Below, piece after piece: positions 17,878 through 28,105 of a DNA stretch of 34,843 bases. The stretch's first letter is position 1; the number at the start of each line of letters is the position of its first letter. The notes beneath the pieces were generated by a model. That model saw nothing but the letters and a program-made list of their open reading frames with translations. It was not told the DNA's origin and did not search any database. Origin of the DNA: Hyphomicrobium sp. (GTDB lineage: Bacteria > Pseudomonadota > Alphaproteobacteria > Rhizobiales > Hyphomicrobiaceae); NCBI GenBank assembly GCA_025927515.1, contig JAICLG010000001.1, forward strand, positions 1 to 34,843, given 5' to 3'. A program made the translations under genes and the position numbers.

Positions 17878-20592
17878 TCAAGCCGCGAGATTGCGCAGCA
17901 CATAGTGCAGAATGCCGCCGTTCCTGAAATATTCGATCTCGTCGAGCGTATCGATACGGCAGAGCACCGGCACTTCGACCGAAGATCCATCGGCTCGCGT
18001 GATCGTCAGATTGACCAGGGCGCGCGGCTTGACGTTTGCCAGCCCCCGGATCGTGACGCGCTCGTCGCCCCTGAGACCGAGCGTCTGCCAGGACGTGCCC
18101 TCTTGAAACGTAAACGGCGCAACCCCCATGCCGACGAGGTTCGACCGGTGAATGCGCTCGAACGACTGCGCAACGACCGCCCGGACGCCCAGGAGATTGG
18201 TGCCTTTCGCCGCCCAGTCGCGTGACGAGCCGTTGCCGTACTCGATACCGGCAAACACGACCAGCGGCACGCCCTCCTGCTCGTACAGCATCGCGGCATC
18301 GTAAATCGCCATCTCATTGCCGGATGGATAGTGGATCGTCAGTCCGCCTTCCTTCACGTTGCCGTTCGCGTCCTTCACCATGGCGTTCTTGATGCGGATA
18401 TTGGCGAACGTCCCGCGCATCATGACTTCATGGTTGCCGCGGCGTGTGCCGTACTGATTAAAGTCGGCGGGCTGTACACCGTGCTCGAGCAGGTACTGTC
18501 CAGCCGGGCTCGATGCTTTGATCGCGCCGGCGGGCGAAATATGATCGGTTGTGATCTTGTCGCCGAAAAGCCCGAGGATACGGGCGTTGACGACATCGCT
18601 GACAGCCTTTGCCTCGCGCGCGATGGTCTGGAAGTAGGGCGGGTTCTGAACGTACGTCGATTGTCCGTTCCAGCCATATGTCAGCCCGCCGCTGATCGCG
18701 ATTGACTGCCAGTTCTCGTCGCCCTTGAAGACGTCCGCATACCGCGCCTTAAACATGTCGCGCGTGATGTTCTCGGTAATGAACTTCTGAATCTCCTGCG
18801 TCGTGGGCCAGATATCCTTGAGATAGACAGGCTTGCCGTCGCTGCCCGTTCCGATCGGCTCTTTCGTAAGATCCTTTTGCACTGAGCCAGCCAACGCATA
18901 GGCGACGACAAGCGGCGGCGACGCCAGATAGTTCGCCTGCACGTCCGGACTGACGCGGCCTTCGAAGTTGCGATTGCCGGAAAGCACGGCGGCCGCAACC
19001 AGACCGTTGTCGTTGATGGCTTTCGAAAGCTCGGGCGCGAGCGGACCGGAATTTCCGATGCAGGTCGTGCAACCGAAGCCAACGAGATTGAATCCGATCT
19101 TGTCGAGATAAGCTTGCAAGCCCGACTGCGAAAGATATGCGGCGACGACCTGCGATCCCGGCGCCAGCGAGGTCTTGACCCACGGCTTGCTCGTCAATCC
19201 CCGCGCGACGGCATTTCGCGCCAGAAGCCCCGCCCCGATCAGCACGCTCGGGTTCGACGTGTTCGTGCAGCTGGTGATGGCCGCGATCACGACGTCCCCA
19301 TGCCCGATGTCGAACGGCTTGCCCTCGACCGGCACCCGCTTATCGATCTCGCCGGGCTTCTTGTATTCCGATGTCAGCGCCGTCTCGAAACCGCTCTTGA
19401 TGTCACCAAGCGAGAGACGTCCCTCGGGCCGTTTCGGTCCCGCCATCGACGGCACGACGTCGCCAAGCTCAAGCGACAGCGTATCGGTGAAGACCGGATC
19501 GGCTGCGCCAGAGTCGCGGAAGAGCCCCTGCACTTTGCAATAGGCTTCGACGAGCGCGATACGATGCGAGTCGCGACCCGACATCGTCAGATAGTTGATC
19601 GTTTCCTTGTCGACCGGGAAGAAACCGCACGTCGCCCCGTATTCCGGCGACATGTTTCCGATCGTCGCGCGATCGGCGAGCGTCATGCTGTCGAGACCCG
19701 GGCCATAGAATTCGACGAACTTGTTGACGACGCCCTTCTTGCGCAGCATTTGCGTAACCGTCAGGACCAGATCCGTCGCCGTCACGCCCTCGTTGAGCTT
19801 GCCCGTCAGCCGGAAGCCGATGACCTCGGGAATGAGCATCGATTGCGCTTGCCCGAGCATGGCAGCCTCGGCCTCGATGCCGCCGACGCCCCAACCGAGC
19901 ACGGCAAGTCCGTTGACCATCGTCGTGTGGCTATCGGTTCCGACAAGCGTATCGGGATAGGCGACGGTCGAACCGTCGGACAGCTCTTTCGTCCATACCG
20001 TCTGCGCCAGATATTCGAGATTAACCTGGTGGCAGATGCCCGTGCCGGGCGGCACGACGCGGAAATTGTGAAAGGCGCCCTGGCCCCATTTCAGAAAATT
20101 ATAGCGTTCGCCGTTGCGTGAATATTCCCGCGCCACGTTGTCAGCGAGCGCTCTCGGCGTTCCGAATTCATCGACGATGACGGAGTGGTCTATGATGAGA
20201 TCGACGGGCACCAGCGGGTTGATCTTCGCCGGATCGCCGCCGAGCTTCGTCATGCCGTCGCGCATCGCCGCGAGATCGACGACAGCGGGAACGCCGGTAA
20301 AATCCTGCATCAGGACGCGCGCCGGACGAAAACCGATTTCCTTTTCGGTCTTTCCCTTGTTGTCGAGCCAGTCGGCCATGGCCGCGATGTCGGCTTTCGT
20401 AACCGTGCGGCCATCTTCGTGGCGCAACAGGTTCTCGAGCAGAACCTTCATGGAATAGGGGAGCTTGGAAATTCCCTTGAGGCCATTGGCCTCTGCGTCG
20501 GGCAACGAATAGTAAACGTAAGTCTTGCCCTCGACGTCGAGGGTTTTGCGGCAGTTGAAGCTGTCGTTGGATGCGGGAGTGAGTGCGCTCAA
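17878..20592 (-). CDS. acnA: Aconitate hydratase A
   Basis: [35 protein letters not shown] and [13 protein letters not shown] start at 20592, 7 nt after GGAGG (904 aa). Confidence 0.97.
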   Translation of the reverse strand: MSALTPASNDSFNCRKTLDVEGKTYVYYSLPDAEANGLKGISKLPYSMKVLLENLLRHEDGRTVTKADIAAMADWLDNKGKTEKEIGFRPARVLMQDFTGVPAVVDLAAMRDGMTKLGGDPAKINPLVPVDLIIDHSVIVDEFGTPRALADNVAREYSRNGERYNFLKWGQGAFHNFRVVPPGTGICHQVNLEYLAQTVWTKELSDGSTVAYPDTLVGTDSHTTMVNGLAVLGWGVGGIEAEAAMLGQAQSMLIPEVIGFRLTGKLNEGVTATDLVLTVTQMLRKKGVVNKFVEFYGPGLDSMTLADRATIGNMSPEYGATCGFFPVDKETINYLTMSGRDSHRIALVEAYCKVQGLFRDSGAADPVFTDTLSLELGDVVPSMAGPKRPEGRLSLGDIKSGFETALTSEYKKPGEIDKRVPVEGKPFDIGHGDVVIAAITSCTNTSNPSVLIGAGLLARNAVARGLTSKPWVKTSLAPGSQVVAAYLSQSGLQAYLDKIGFNLVGFGCTTCIGNSGPLAPELSKAINDNGLVAAAVLSGNRNFEGRVSPDVQANYLASPPLVVAYALAGSVQKDLTKEPIGTGSDGKPVYLKDIWPTTQEIQKFITENITRDMFKARYADVFKGDENWQSIAISGGLTYGWNGQSTYVQNPPYFQTIAREAKAVSDVVNARILGLFGDKITTDHISPAGAIKASSPAGQYLLEHGVQPADFNQYGTRRGNHEVMMRGTFANIRIKNAMVKDANGNVKEGGLTIHYPSGNEMAIYDAAMLYEQEGVPLVVFAGIEYGNGSSRDWAAKGTNLLGVRAVVAQSFERIHRSNLVGMGVAPFTFQEGTSWQTLGLRGDERVTIRGLANVKPRALVNLTITRADGSSVEVPVLCRIDTLDEIEYFRNGGILHYVLRNLAA

Positions 20593-20784
20593 GGTCAGGC
20601 CTCCGAAAAATGACGACGAAGGGCTGCGCCGCCGGAGTGCCGGCGGATCGAGGAATGTCCCGCGGCGCCGCCAAAGGGGCCACGCGACCCTCGCTTTTGC
20701 GCTAGCGAAGGATACCAAGTGCCTTTTATATAATCCTCGGCAAAAGTGAACCCCTTCACGATTTGGCGATGACGTCGCAGTCAA

Positions 20785-21450
20785 ATGCGACATGTTGTTG
20801 CTTATGCAGTTACGGATTTCCCATCAGTGCAACTCATTGCCGAAGACTTGATCGTTGAGCGCGGCGGTCGCCTCGTCATCGACGGGCTATCGTTCGCCGT
20901 TTCAGCCGGCGAAGCAATGGTTTTGGCCGGGGCAAACGGCGCCGGAAAAACGACCCTGCTGAGAACGCTCGCAGGGTATATTCGACCATCGGCCGGCTCA
21001 GTTCGGTGCGAAGGCGGCGACGTCGAACTGACCGTTGCCGAGCAAGCCCACGTCATCGGACACGCCAATGCCGTGAAGTCGAGCCTTACGGTTTTCGAGA
21101 ACGCAGCCTTCTGGTCTGAGTTTCTCGGATCTGCCAACGAGACCGGCGGCCACATCGAAAGCGCGCTCCGCAATTTCGGACTGGATGATCTCGCCGAATT
21201 TCCGGCTGCCTATCTTTCGGCAGGCCAGAGGCGGCGGCTCGGACTGGCCCGGCTTTTATTGGCGAAGCGGCCGCTATGGCTTCTCGATGAGCCGACGGTC
21301 TCTTTGGACGTCGCGTCGACGGAGCGGCTCGTTTCCGCCGTCAACGAGCACACGCGCGCCGGTGGCCTCGCGATCGTCGCAACGCATCTGCCGCTCGCAC
21401 TTGAACGCGCCCGAACCTTGGAACTCGTTTCGCTCAGGATGGCCGCGTGA
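20785..21450 (+). CDS. ccmA: Heme exporter ATPase CcmA
   Basis: [17 protein letters not shown] and WLLDEP. True start may be GTG 20827. Confidence 0.93.
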   Translation: MRHVVAYAVTDFPSVQLIAEDLIVERGGRLVIDGLSFAVSAGEAMVLAGANGAGKTTLLRTLAGYIRPSAGSVRCEGGDVELTVAEQAHVIGHANAVKSSLTVFENAAFWSEFLGSANETGGHIESALRNFGLDDLAEFPAAYLSAGQRRRLGLARLLLAKRPLWLLDEPTVSLDVASTERLVSAVNEHTRAGGLAIVATHLPLALERARTLELVSLRMAA

Positions 21451-22112
21451 ACAGCTTCTGGGCGCTCGTTCGCCGTGACCTGCGACTAGCCGTGCGCGAA
21501 GGCGGCGCAATCGGAACGGCGCTCGGGTTTTTCCTGATCGTCGTTTCGCTGATGCCGCTCGGTCTCGGGCCGGATCTCAATCTTCTGGCGCGTATCGCGG
21601 CGGGGATCTTGTGGATCGCGCTGTTGCTCGCAGCGCTTCTGTCGCTCAATCGTATTTTTGAAGCCGATTACGAAGACGGTACGCTGGACGTGCTCGCCAC
21701 CGGCCATCTCCCGCTGGAGCTCGTCGCGACGGCAAAATCGCTCGCACATTGGCTCACGACGGGAATTCCGCTGGCGCTTCTTGCCCCTGTGCTGGGAATT
21801 CTGCTTAACCTGGATCTTGCGTCGTATCCGATCCTGGTCGGCACGACGTTCGTCGGCACCCCCGCCGTGAGCTTCCTCGGCGCTATCGGCGCGGCGTTGA
21901 CGGTGAAGGCGCGGCGCGGCGGACTGCTGCTGGCTTTGGTCGTTTTGCCGCTTTATGTTCCAACGCTGATATTCGGTATATCGGCCGTGAGCGCTGCCGC
22001 AGGCCCTGCGGGCATGGGCGCGGCGTTTCTCATCCTGGCGGCCATTTCGCTCGCAGCCGTGGTTCTCGGACCGATCGCCGCGGCCGCGGCTCTACGCATA
22101 CAACTTCAATAA
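21447..22112 (+). CDS. ccmB: Heme exporter permease CcmB
   Basis: RDLRLA, IFEADYEDGTLD, AKSLAHWL and LPLYVPTLIFG. Confidence 0.95.
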   Translation: MNSFWALVRRDLRLAVREGGAIGTALGFFLIVVSLMPLGLGPDLNLLARIAAGILWIALLLAALLSLNRIFEADYEDGTLDVLATGHLPLELVATAKSLAHWLTTGIPLALLAPVLGILLNLDLASYPILVGTTFVGTPAVSFLGAIGAALTVKARRGGLLLALVVLPLYVPTLIFGISAVSAAAGPAGMGAAFLILAAISLAAVVLGPIAAAAALRIQLQ

Positions 22113-22165
22113 ACGGTAATCTCGCGTTCATTGCGCAGTTGCCGCGAAAGGCTTAAATCGGCCCC

Positions 22166-22918
22166 ATGCAGACGCTGACGCAGCAACTCGCCAATCCGAC
22201 GCGCTTCATGGACCTTTCGGCCCGGGTTCTCCCCTGGGTCGCGGGGATTGCGGCGGCGTTGATCGTCTACGGACTTTATCTGTCATTCTTCGATTCGCCT
22301 GCCGACTATCAGCAGGGCGAAACAGTCCGTATCATGTACATTCACGTGCCCTGCGCCTGGCTTTCGATGATGGTCTACGGCTTGATCGCGGTGTCGAGCT
22401 TCGGTCTTCTCGTGTTCCGGCATCCCCTTGCCGACGTTTCCGCGAAGGCGGCGGCTCCGATCGGCGCGGCCTTCACGTTCCTGGCGCTGTTGACGGGTTC
22501 GCTTTGGGGTAAACCGATGTGGGGCACCTACTGGGTGTGGGATGCCCGTCTGACATCGGTGTTGATCCTGTTCTTTCTATATCTCGGACTGATCGCGCTC
22601 CGAGCCGCGTTCGAAGATGAATCCGCCGGAGCGAAGTTGACGGCCGTGCTCGCCCTTGTCGGCGTGACCATCCTTCCCATCATCAAATTCTCGGTCAATT
22701 GGTGGAACACGCTACACCAGCCGTCGACGGATTTTACGGCAACTGTCGATCCAAGCATGCGCTGGCCGTTGCTGGTGATGGCGCTGGGCTTCACCTTGCT
22801 TTTCTTCGCGATGCATCTGAAGGCGATGCGCAATGAAGTGCTGCGCCGGCGCGTCAAAGCCATGCGAACGCAAGCCGTCGCCGGACGCGACCGCCTCGCG
22901 ACACAACCGGCAGAGTAG
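22166..22918 (+). CDS. ccmC: Heme exporter CcmC
   Basis: YIHVP, WWD motif WGKPMWGTYWVWDARLT, and WWNTLHQ. Confidence 0.96.
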   Translation: MQTLTQQLANPTRFMDLSARVLPWVAGIAAALIVYGLYLSFFDSPADYQQGETVRIMYIHVPCAWLSMMVYGLIAVSSFGLLVFRHPLADVSAKAAAPIGAAFTFLALLTGSLWGKPMWGTYWVWDARLTSVLILFFLYLGLIALRAAFEDESAGAKLTAVLALVGVTILPIIKFSVNWWNTLHQPSTDFTATVDPSMRWPLLVMALGFTLLFFAMHLKAMRNEVLRRRVKAMRTQAVAGRDRLATQPAE

Positions 22919-22923
22919 CAAGC

Positions 22924-23094
22924 ATGGATCTCGGACCGCACGCAGCGTTCATCTGGATTTCGTATGCCGCCGTGGCCGTTGTCGTCACGGGACTGATCGG
23001 CTGGCTGCTTCTCGACGGCAGGAAACAGGCGGCAGCTCTCGAAGCGCTCGAGAAACGCGGTATCAGACGCCGTTCGTCGGCAAGCGCGGAGTGA
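22924..23094 (+). CDS. ccmD: Heme exporter CcmD (56 aa, absent from the ORF track)
   Basis: Hand translation MDLGPHAAFIWISYAAVAVVVTGLIGWLLLDGRKQAAALEALEKRGIRRRSSASAE shows one TM helix and a basic tail. Fills the ccmC-ccmG gap. Confidence 0.92.
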   Translation: MDLGPHAAFIWISYAAVAVVVTGLIGWLLLDGRKQAAALEALEKRGIRRRSSASAE

Positions 23095-23098
23095 CATC

Positions 23099-23692
23099 GT
23101 GAGCGACCGTCGATCTTCGATCCTGCGCCTGATGCCGGTGCTCATCTTCATCGCGATTGTGGGCTTCTTCGCCCTCGCGCTGCGTTCGGCAGATCCGTCG
23201 TTCGTTCCCTCGACGATGATCGGGAAGCAGGTTCCCGAAGGCGTATTTCCGGCCATCGACGGGCTGGAAAAAGCCGAGGGCAAGCCCGAGCCGGGCTTCA
23301 CCACACGCGATCTCGCCAAGGGACGCGTGTCCGTCGTCAACTACTGGGCGTCCTGGTGCGTGCCGTGCATCGAGGAGCACCCGTTTCTGGAGAAGCTCAA
23401 AAGCGAGTCGGACGTCGATATCTACGGGATAAACTATAAGGATCGCACCGAGGCCGCGCGCCGCTTTATCGGCCGCTACGGAAATCCATTTACCGCCGTC
23501 GGAAGCGATAAGCAGGGCCGCGCCGCGATCGACTGGGGTGTCTATGGCACGCCGGAGACATTCGTCGTCAACGGCAAGGGGCAGATCGTATACAAGCACG
23601 TCGGCCCGATTTCGGAAGACTCGCTCAAAACCAAGCTGCTTCCGGCGATCGAAAAAGCGAGGGTTGCAACGCAAACGTCGCCCAATTCCTGA
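23099..23692 (+). CDS. ccmG: Thiol:disulfide interchange protein CcmG/DsbE
   Basis: N-terminal TM helix, WASWCVPC, GINYKD and GVYGTPETF. Confidence 0.94.
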   Translation: MSDRRSSILRLMPVLIFIAIVGFFALALRSADPSFVPSTMIGKQVPEGVFPAIDGLEKAEGKPEPGFTTRDLAKGRVSVVNYWASWCVPCIEEHPFLEKLKSESDVDIYGINYKDRTEAARRFIGRYGNPFTAVGSDKQGRAAIDWGVYGTPETFVVNGKGQIVYKHVGPISEDSLKTKLLPAIEKARVATQTSPNS

Positions 23693-23729
23693 AGGACCGG
23701 GCGACGTTCGATCAATATCGTCGGATCGT

Positions 23730-24368
23730 CTAAAGCGCCTTGAACATCTTGCTTTCGTTATCATAGACGCTCAGCGTGCCTGTCTTGATATCGAAGTGCG
23801 CGCCGTGCAGCTGTAGCGTCCCTTTCTCCTCTCGCTCTCGTACGAACGGGAAGGTGCGGAGATTATTCAAGGTCTGCTTGACGCCTTCGAGTTCAAGAGC
23901 CCGCTGTTTTTCTTCAGGCGAGGCATTCGGTTGCGCGGAAAGGACCGCAAGACGAGCATCATCCAGCATCGACATCCAGCGCGAAATGAACTGCGCATCT
24001 GTTTGAACGGCGGCATTGTGGTTCCAGGCGGCTTTGATCCCGCCGCAGCCTGAATGGCCGATGATGATGAGGTGCTTGAGGTTGAGGTTCAGAACCGCAA
24101 ATTCGATCGCCGAACTGACGCCATGATAATTTCCGCCTGTCTCGAAGGGCGGAACGAGATTGGCGATGTTGCGCAGAACGAAAAGCTCACCCGGCATGGC
24201 ACTGAAGATCGTCTCGGGATCGACGCGGCTATCGCAGCACGAGATGACCATCGTGTCCGGATCCTGGCCATGCGTCGCCAGCTCCTCATAGTGTGCCGCG
24301 TTAGGCGCGAAATACCGGCATTTGAAACGGCGGTAACGATCCGCGAGCGAATCCGGAAATGTTTTCAT
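23730..24368 (-). CDS. Beta-class carbonic anhydrase
   Basis: CCDSRV, GELFVLRNIAN and GHSGCGG zinc ligands. AGGAG RBS. Confidence 0.94.
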   Translation of the reverse strand: MKTFPDSLADRYRRFKCRYFAPNAAHYEELATHGQDPDTMVISCCDSRVDPETIFSAMPGELFVLRNIANLVPPFETGGNYHGVSSAIEFAVLNLNLKHLIIIGHSGCGGIKAAWNHNAAVQTDAQFISRWMSMLDDARLAVLSAQPNASPEEKQRALELEGVKQTLNNLRTFPFVREREEKGTLQLHGAHFDIKTGTLSVYDNESKMFKAL

Positions 24369-24406
24369 TGAATTTTTATCTCCTCCTGACGATCAGCGAT
24401 GCAACC

Positions 24407-25582
24407 TCAACCCTTTTGAGTTCTTCTGCGGTGGGTACTCGACAGTACGATGTAGCCGAGGGTGGCAGACACCAGCGAGCCGGCCAGCACACCGAGCCGG
24501 ACGTCAGCACTTGCCTGGGAATCGGGAAAAGCCAGCATGCCGATGAACAAGCTCATGGTGAAGCCAATGCCGCCTAAAAGCGCTGTGCCGAATAGCTGCA
24601 TCTTGGTCGCACCGGACGGCGCCGCACCGGCGCCACTTTGAATGGCTGCGCGGGCGAAACCGTAGATGCCGAGCGGCTTGCCGATGATCAAGCCGAGGGC
24701 GATGCCGAGGGGAATAGGAGATACAAATTCTTTCGCCGATATACCCGCGAACGATACCCCCGCGTTTGCAAACGCGAAGATTGGCAGAATGAGAAAGCTC
24801 ACCCACGGGTCCAGGCGGCGTTCCAGATTTTCGAGCGGACCCTCCCGGCCCTTTTCGTCCGTGAGCGGAATAGCAAGTGCCGTTGCAACGCCCGCGAGCG
24901 TCGCATGCACGCCGGATTTCAGCACGCAGAGCCACACGAACGCACCGACGAGAATATACGGCCAAACGCGCATGACTCCGCGATGATTCAAGAGGGCCAG
25001 TATCGCGCCGCCGGAAAACGCGAGAGCCAGCGCCGAGAGCGACAGGTCGCTGGTATAGAAGAAGGCGATAATCAGGATCGCGCCGAGATCGTCGATGATG
25101 GCAAGCGCCAGCAGGAAAACCTTGAGGCTCTGCGGCACGCGCGATCCAAGGACCGCCAAGACACTAACCGCGAACGCGATATCGGTCGCCGCCGGAATTG
25201 CCCAGCCTCGGAGCGCCACATCATTATCCCAGTTAATCGCTGAGTAGATCATCGCCGGGACGACCATGCCGCCGAGGGCGGCAATGAGAGGTAGCAAGGC
25301 CGTCTTGCGCGATGAGAGCGCTCCGCGCAGGAGTTCGCGTTTGATCTCAAGCCCGACGAGCAGGAAGAAGACGGCCATCAGGCCATCATTGATCCAAAGC
25401 AGGAGCGGCTTGCTCAGAACAGCTGGCGTTTTGCCGAGTGAGAGGGGCATCGCGAGCAAATGCTCATAGGCGACGCGCAGCGGCGAGTTGGCGACCAAGA
25501 GGGCTAGCACCGCAGCGGCGAGTAATGTCAATCCCGCAGCAGCTTCGCGGCTAAAGGCCTTAGCGCTTTTTTCTGGCTTCAT
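24407..25582 (-). CDS. nhaA: Na+/H+ antiporter NhaA
   Basis: WINDGLMAVFF, GWAIPAATDIAFA, AIIDDLGAI, KSGVHATLAGV, GKPLGI and GIGFTMSLFI. Confidence 0.96.
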   Translation of the reverse strand: MKPEKSAKAFSREAAAGLTLLAAAVLALLVANSPLRVAYEHLLAMPLSLGKTPAVLSKPLLLWINDGLMAVFFLLVGLEIKRELLRGALSSRKTALLPLIAALGGMVVPAMIYSAINWDNDVALRGWAIPAATDIAFAVSVLAVLGSRVPQSLKVFLLALAIIDDLGAILIIAFFYTSDLSLSALALAFSGGAILALLNHRGVMRVWPYILVGAFVWLCVLKSGVHATLAGVATALAIPLTDEKGREGPLENLERRLDPWVSFLILPIFAFANAGVSFAGISAKEFVSPIPLGIALGLIIGKPLGIYGFARAAIQSGAGAAPSGATKMQLFGTALLGGIGFTMSLFIGMLAFPDSQASADVRLGVLAGSLVSATLGYIVLSSTHRRRTQKG

Positions 25583-25662
25583 TCACTGGTCCCGCACTCT
25601 CCCTGATACGCGAACGTATTCAGCTGCCGTCGCAGGGGCAAGTGCATCAGGAGGGGGCTCAG

Positions 25663-26088
25663 TTATTCAGCAATGATCCGCGCCTTTCTTGCTGGCACGA
25701 TTTCCCCGTCCTCTTTCGTGAAAGGCCCGGCCTCCGCATTCGGAAGAATTTCGGTGACGACTTCCGACGGCCGGCATAAGCGCGCGCCAAGCGGCGTCAC
25801 GACGATCGGACGGTCGATGAGGATCGGATGGGCGAGCATCGCCGCTACAATCGCATCATCATCGAGGCTCATGTCCGCGAGCCCGAGCTCATCGTAGGGC
25901 GTTCCCCTCTGCCGGAGCAGCTGACGTGGCGTGATGCCCATGGCCGCGATCAGCGCGACAAGCTCGTCGCGCGTCGGCGGAGTCTTGAGATATTCGATGA
26001 CGCGCGGTTCTTCGCCACTTTGGCGGATCATCGCCAATGTATTGCGCGACGTGCCGCACGCCGGATTGTGATAAATGGTAATGGTCAT
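25663..26088 (-). CDS. arsC: Arsenate reductase, glutaredoxin-type
   Basis: HNPACGTSR (catalytic Cys), LLR, DRPIV and RLCRP. Confidence 0.92.
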   Translation of the reverse strand: MTITIYHNPACGTSRNTLAMIRQSGEEPRVIEYLKTPPTRDELVALIAAMGITPRQLLRQRGTPYDELGLADMSLDDDAIVAAMLAHPILIDRPIVVTPLGARLCRPSEVVTEILPNAEAGPFTKEDGEIVPARKARIIAE

Positions 26089-26110
26089 ATGACCCTACTC
26101 TTGGTCGCTG

Positions 26111-26911
26111 TCAGGAAGATAACCACGCCCAGTCGATCAGCGGCAGCATCAGGCGGTCGCTACCGCGGCTCGCCTCCAGCCCGTAGCCGACGCCCTGAAT
26201 GGCATGGTTCCACGCGTCCGTTGCAGACGCGCCGCGCAAGAGCTGCGCGGTCAGGAATCCGGTGAATAAGTCGCCGGTGCCGTGGGGTGCATCGGCTAGT
26301 TTTTCCACGTTTCGGGCGAGAACGTTGCCGTTGTTGACGAGCACGTTCGCGAGTTCGTCCGCTCCTGCCGGTATGGACGTCGCGGCGATGATCGGACGGC
26401 CAAGAGCCAGAGCAGCCTGCGCCGCATCGTCCACCGATTGCACATCGGTGCGCGCAAGCCAACCGAGTTCGAACCGGTTCGGCGTCACGACGTCGGCAAG
26501 TGGAACGAGTGTGTCACGCACGACAGCCGCAGCGACGGCGTCGATATAAAGGCCGCCCGGATCGTCGCCGAGAATGGGATCGCAGACGTAGACGATCATA
26601 GGATTGAGTTCGCGCATCCGCTGCACGAGACCCGCGATCCATACGGCATGTCCGGGAGACGGAAGATACCCGGAAAGAACCGCGTCGAACGTGCCGAGCC
26701 AGCCGTTGGCTTCGATCGCCGCCGTCATTTTTTCAAGTGCGGCAGGCTCGATCACCACCCCGGCGCAGTTTTCTCGCGCTGGGTGATTCGACAACACGAC
26801 CGTCGGCAACGACACGACTTCGATCCCGGCGCGTTGCAGCGGGGTGATCGTCGGGCTCAGGCCGACCGTGTCCTGGGCAACGTGCGATGAGATGACGAGG
26901 ATACGGCGCAT
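26111..26911 (-). CDS. pdxY: Pyridoxal kinase (PdxK/PdxY family)
   Basis: ISSHV, LPTVVLSNHP, LSGYL, CDPILGD, TPNRFEL and GTGDLF. Confidence 0.85.
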   Translation of the reverse strand: MRRILVISSHVAQDTVGLSPTITPLQRAGIEVVSLPTVVLSNHPARENCAGVVIEPAALEKMTAAIEANGWLGTFDAVLSGYLPSPGHAVWIAGLVQRMRELNPMIVYVCDPILGDDPGGLYIDAVAAAVVRDTLVPLADVVTPNRFELGWLARTDVQSVDDAAQAALALGRPIIAATSIPAGADELANVLVNNGNVLARNVEKLADAPHGTGDLFTGFLTAQLLRGASATDAWNHAIQGVGYGLEASRGSDRLMLPLIDWAWLSS

Positions 26912-27075
26912 GGTCCTGATCGGGTTTGAAGTCGGGCATCGGCCGAGCCTTTTGGGAAAAAAGCGCAATGCCTTCTAGCATGACTGAACGGATGCGGTTG
27001 AACTCGCGGCCAGGATTTTGCTGCCTGCCAAAGTGGGGTTATGGTGCATTGCACCATCAACGACACTTCGGAGCG

Positions 27076-27975
27076 ATGGCAATGAGACCCAGGCGCAGTG
27101 TCCTTTACGTCCCAGGAGACAACGAGCGCGCGATCGAAAAAGCCAAAACCCTTGCCGCCGATGCGATCATCATCGATTTGGAAGATTCGGTGGCGCCGAC
27201 AAACAAGGAATTAGCGCGGCAGAGGGCAGTCGCGGCAATCCGCGAACGGGGCTTCGGCTCACGCGAGGTGGTGTTGCGGGTGAACCCCATCGAAACCCCG
27301 TGGGGCATGGCCGATCTCCACGCCGCAATGGGGGTCGTGCCCGACGCTATCCTCGTCCCCAAGGTCTCTCATGCAGGCGACATCACCGGCACTGCGAAGG
27401 TCGTGAATGCCGCCGACGCCGATCCGCGTCTTCGCCTGTGGGCCATGATCGAAACGCCCATGGGGATCATCAACGCGCGCGAAATAGCGGCGTGTGCACC
27501 TGATCCCGACAACCGTCTCGTCTGTTTCGTGCTCGGCACGAATGATCTGCTGAAGGAAAGTCGCGCCCGATCGGGCAGCAATCGTTTCGCCGTGGTGCCG
27601 TGGCTGGCGATGACTCTCGTTGCGGCCCGCGCCTACGGATTGGACGTCATAGATGGCGTCTACAACGATTTTAACGATGATCTGGGATTTCGCGCCGAAT
27701 GCGAGCACGGCCGCACGCTCGGCATGGACGGTAAAACCCTGATTCATCCTTCGCAGGTCATACCTTGCAACGAGATCTTCTCGCCGAGCGAGGAGGAGAT
27801 AATCTGGGCTCGCAAGATCATCCAGGCCTTTGAGGAGCCCGAAAACGCCCGTAAGGGCGTGATAACCGTCGAGGGCAAGATGGTCGAGCGGCTGCATCTC
27901 GTTATGGCCAAAAGGGTTGCCGCCATCGCCCAGGTGATCGCCGCGCGCTCACAGATCGAAGAGCCTTGGTTCTGA
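27076..27975 (+). CDS. CitE/Mcl-family CoA-ester lyase/thioesterase, most like (3S)-malyl-CoA thioesterase Mcl2
   Basis: RRSVLYVPG, DLEDSV, WAMIETP, GTNDL, DGVYN and DGKTLIHP. Adjacent to mch. Confidence 0.8.
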   Translation: MAMRPRRSVLYVPGDNERAIEKAKTLAADAIIIDLEDSVAPTNKELARQRAVAAIRERGFGSREVVLRVNPIETPWGMADLHAAMGVVPDAILVPKVSHAGDITGTAKVVNAADADPRLRLWAMIETPMGIINAREIAACAPDPDNRLVCFVLGTNDLLKESRARSGSNRFAVVPWLAMTLVAARAYGLDVIDGVYNDFNDDLGFRAECEHGRTLGMDGKTLIHPSQVIPCNEIFSPSEEEIIWARKIIQAFEEPENARKGVITVEGKMVERLHLVMAKRVAAIAQVIAARSQIEEPWF

Positions 27976-28105
27976 GAGAAGTGCCCATTTCAATGTTATC
28001 TGCGGCCCTAGATCGCGTCCCCGGCCTTTGATAAGGGTTGCGGTCCGGCGGCCACATTCCGAAAAGAGCCGCAGCGAAATCAGCGAGAAAGTGAAGGCAA
28101 GAGAG

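Noticed and set aside
20629-20646. IRE-like AGUG loop in the acnA leader
   Set aside because: AGTG is on the non-mRNA strand. The acnA transcript loop reads CACU and the C-bulge is missing.
20593-20793. 67-aa N-terminal extension of AcnA in the ORF track
   Set aside because: Non-homologous, overlaps the divergent promoter region, and GGAGG-N7-TTG at 20592 is a better start.
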